This document shows, one piece after another, positions 61,850-64,000 of a DNA stretch of 64,000 nt (position 1 is its first letter; every line of letters begins with the position of its first letter). The stretch is from assembly GCA_053919585.1 (NCBI GenBank), contig CM132796.1; one strand, 5' to 3'. The DNA comes from Euprymna scolopes (taxonomy: Eukaryota). The notes beneath the pieces are model-generated. The model saw only the letters and a program-made list of their open reading frames with translations, did no database searches and was not told where the DNA came from. The position numbers and the translations under genes are program-made.

Positions 61850-64000
61850 AATGGTTGAAATCGGCTCAAACTCTTGATCCAAAACTGAAGAGCCAATATT
61901 AAAACAACGAGATATTATAAAAAGGCTGACTGGGAAGCCATTAGAGATCTTATCAGAGATGTCTCATGGGGAAATATTTTTCTCTTCCTGCTGAACAGTG
62001 CGCAAATGAGACTACTGAATGGTTCAAAACGGCAATTGGAGCACATGTTCCCATGCGGAAATTTTATAGCAAGCGCCACTCTCCACAATGGTTTACTTCT
62101 ACTTGCGTAACTGACATTGCTCAAAGGCAGCATGCATACCGCAGATTTAACGGACAGAAGTCTATCGAAGCTAGCAGTAACGTTAAGAAAGAAATAGCGA
62201 CAGCTACGTGAGAATTTACTGAAACCACTAAAAAACATATCGAAGCACAAAAAATAAGGGGCTCGTGACTTCTGGAAAATCTACAACAGTGTAGTAAATA
62301 ATGGGCAATCAGCAATTCCCCCACTAACCAACAATCACGATATTGTTAGCTCAGAAACTGAGAAGGCTAATATGATTGCCAGTCGCTTTGCCTCAAACTC
62401 CACACTGGAACCTTCCAACCACCCCTACCTGACTTTCCTTTGTGTACAGACGCCACGCTCAGATGCATGCTATCATAAAAAAAAAACCTTTACACTTCAA
62501 AAGCATGTGAACCGATCTCATCCCAGTTGTGCTATTAAACGTGTGCTCAGCCGAAGTAACTTCAGTTCTCTCCAAACTCTACAACAAATGCCTTAATGAA
62601 TCTTGCTTTCCGGTCTGTTGAAAAACTTCTTCTGTGGTACCAGTATTCAAGAATTCTGGCCAAAGAACTGACCCATCAAAGTATCATTCCATTAGCCTCC
62701 TCCCACTTTTCGCCAAAATATTTGAGACCATACCTTACAGATGCTAAACTTCTGACTGACAAACAATATGGATTTAGACAACCCCGTTCCACAGCAGACA
62801 TCCTAACTGTAATCTCTGAACGTATATACCATTCACTGGACAAAGCGAGGGAGGGCAAAGCGGTAGCTCTAGATATATCTAAGGCTTTTGACAGGGTATG
62901 GCATGAGGGTCTCCACAGGAAAATTAGATAATACTGTATCACTGGTAGAATACTTAACATAATTAGATCCCTCTTAGATAAGTGAAAAAACCAGGTTGTC
63001 CTCGACGGTCGTACATCTAAACAATATGATATAAATGCGGGAGTGCCCAAGGGTCTACCCTTGAACCTTTATTTTTCCTAATATTCATTAATGACCTCCC
63101 CGACAAAATTGCCTCTGAGATGGGTATATATGCTGATGACACCACGCTCTATAACAGGCACGACAAGAAAACAAATGAACGCATATCTGAAGAAATGGCC
63201 AAAAAACTAGAGGATGACCTCCAATCTGTAGTGAAATGGGGACAAAAATAGATGGTCACATTCAATGCTGCCAAGACTAAGCTGGTTTCCTTCAAAAATT
63301 ACAAGAAATCTTCTCTGCCACCAAAAGCAATGCCCAGTGACTACCTATCTGAGAGTACATCTTTCAAACTGCTTGGCCGTACGTTCACAGGAAACATGAG
63401 TTGGAACAATTACATTGAAAGTATTGCCAGGGCCGCTGCGAAGAAGGTAGGCTCTCTCTACCGTTCTAGAACATACTTACATCCGAAAGTATCCTGTACC
63501 TCTATAAGGCATCCATTCGCCCATGTATGGAGTATTGCTGTCACATTTGTGCTGGTGCATCTACTACTAGTCTATCGCTCCTAGACAAGGTTCAAAAGAG
63601 AGTCGCCAATCTGATAGGCCCTGAACTGGCATCTAAGCTTCAGCCTCTGTCCTGTCGACGAAATGTTGCATCCCTCTGCCTGTTCTACAAGTATTTTAAT
63701 TGTGAATACTCTGGTGAACTACATACACTTGTGCCCCCACGGCATAGACACCCTGGAAAAACCAGACAGGCAGCTAAATCCCACCCCCACACAGTAGATA
63801 TCCCTAGATGTAAAAGATATTTCTACTCCATTAGTTTCTTCCCCAAAACCGCTAGACTCTAGAATTCCATTCCAGGTCCCTGCTTCCCCAAATGTATTGA
63901 CATGCAGAAGTTCAAGTGTAACGTGAACCGACATCTTGCTCCCCAAATCCCAACATAGTATCCCAGTAGTTGTTGCCCCTGATAGTAGCCCCCTACACCA
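61850..64000 (+). mobile_element. CR1/L2-group LINE (family B), frameshifted RT pseudogene running off the window end
   Basis: YKKADW, KQYGFRQPRSTAD, VALDISKAFDRVWH, INAGVP, IFINDLP, YADD at 63129, MEYCCHI, LLDKVQKR. Confidence 0.93.

Overview
This is AT-rich, repeat-dense eukaryotic DNA, most likely from an invertebrate animal (inferred from the repeat repertoire). It contains about ten N-gaps and many (TA)n/(TAA)n microsatellites. I found no intact host protein-coding gene; nearly all recognisable sequence is decayed mobile DNA. That includes about 11 CR1/L2-group LINE pieces, four Penelope-like elements (PLEs), R4/Dong-like RLE retrotransposon remnants in (TAA)n tracts, mariner, Tc1 and Merlin transposon remnants, and at least 10 non-autonomous Helitron ends. 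There is also a ~3.6 kb satellite of 82-85 bp monomers and a tRNA-His(GTG)-like gene. The most notable signal is a set of type I hammerhead ribozymes (HHRs). Four have intact cores (3806-3849 +, 4442-4486 -, 15812-15862 +, 23645-23695 -) and several more are degenerate. Three HHRs sit directly behind a tRNA-derived Pol III A/B-box head next to (TA)n tracts, forming a candidate tRNA-SINE/retrozyme family whose stems vary compensatorily. Other oddities are an 8-copy array of Helitron 3' termini interleaved with TTAGGG-like repeats, Helitrons carrying tRNA-like promoter boxes, and a 1.75 kb segment bounded by direct-repeat hairpins that carries the tRNA-His and a basic ORF. All calls were made by eye; coordinates of decayed elements are approximate.
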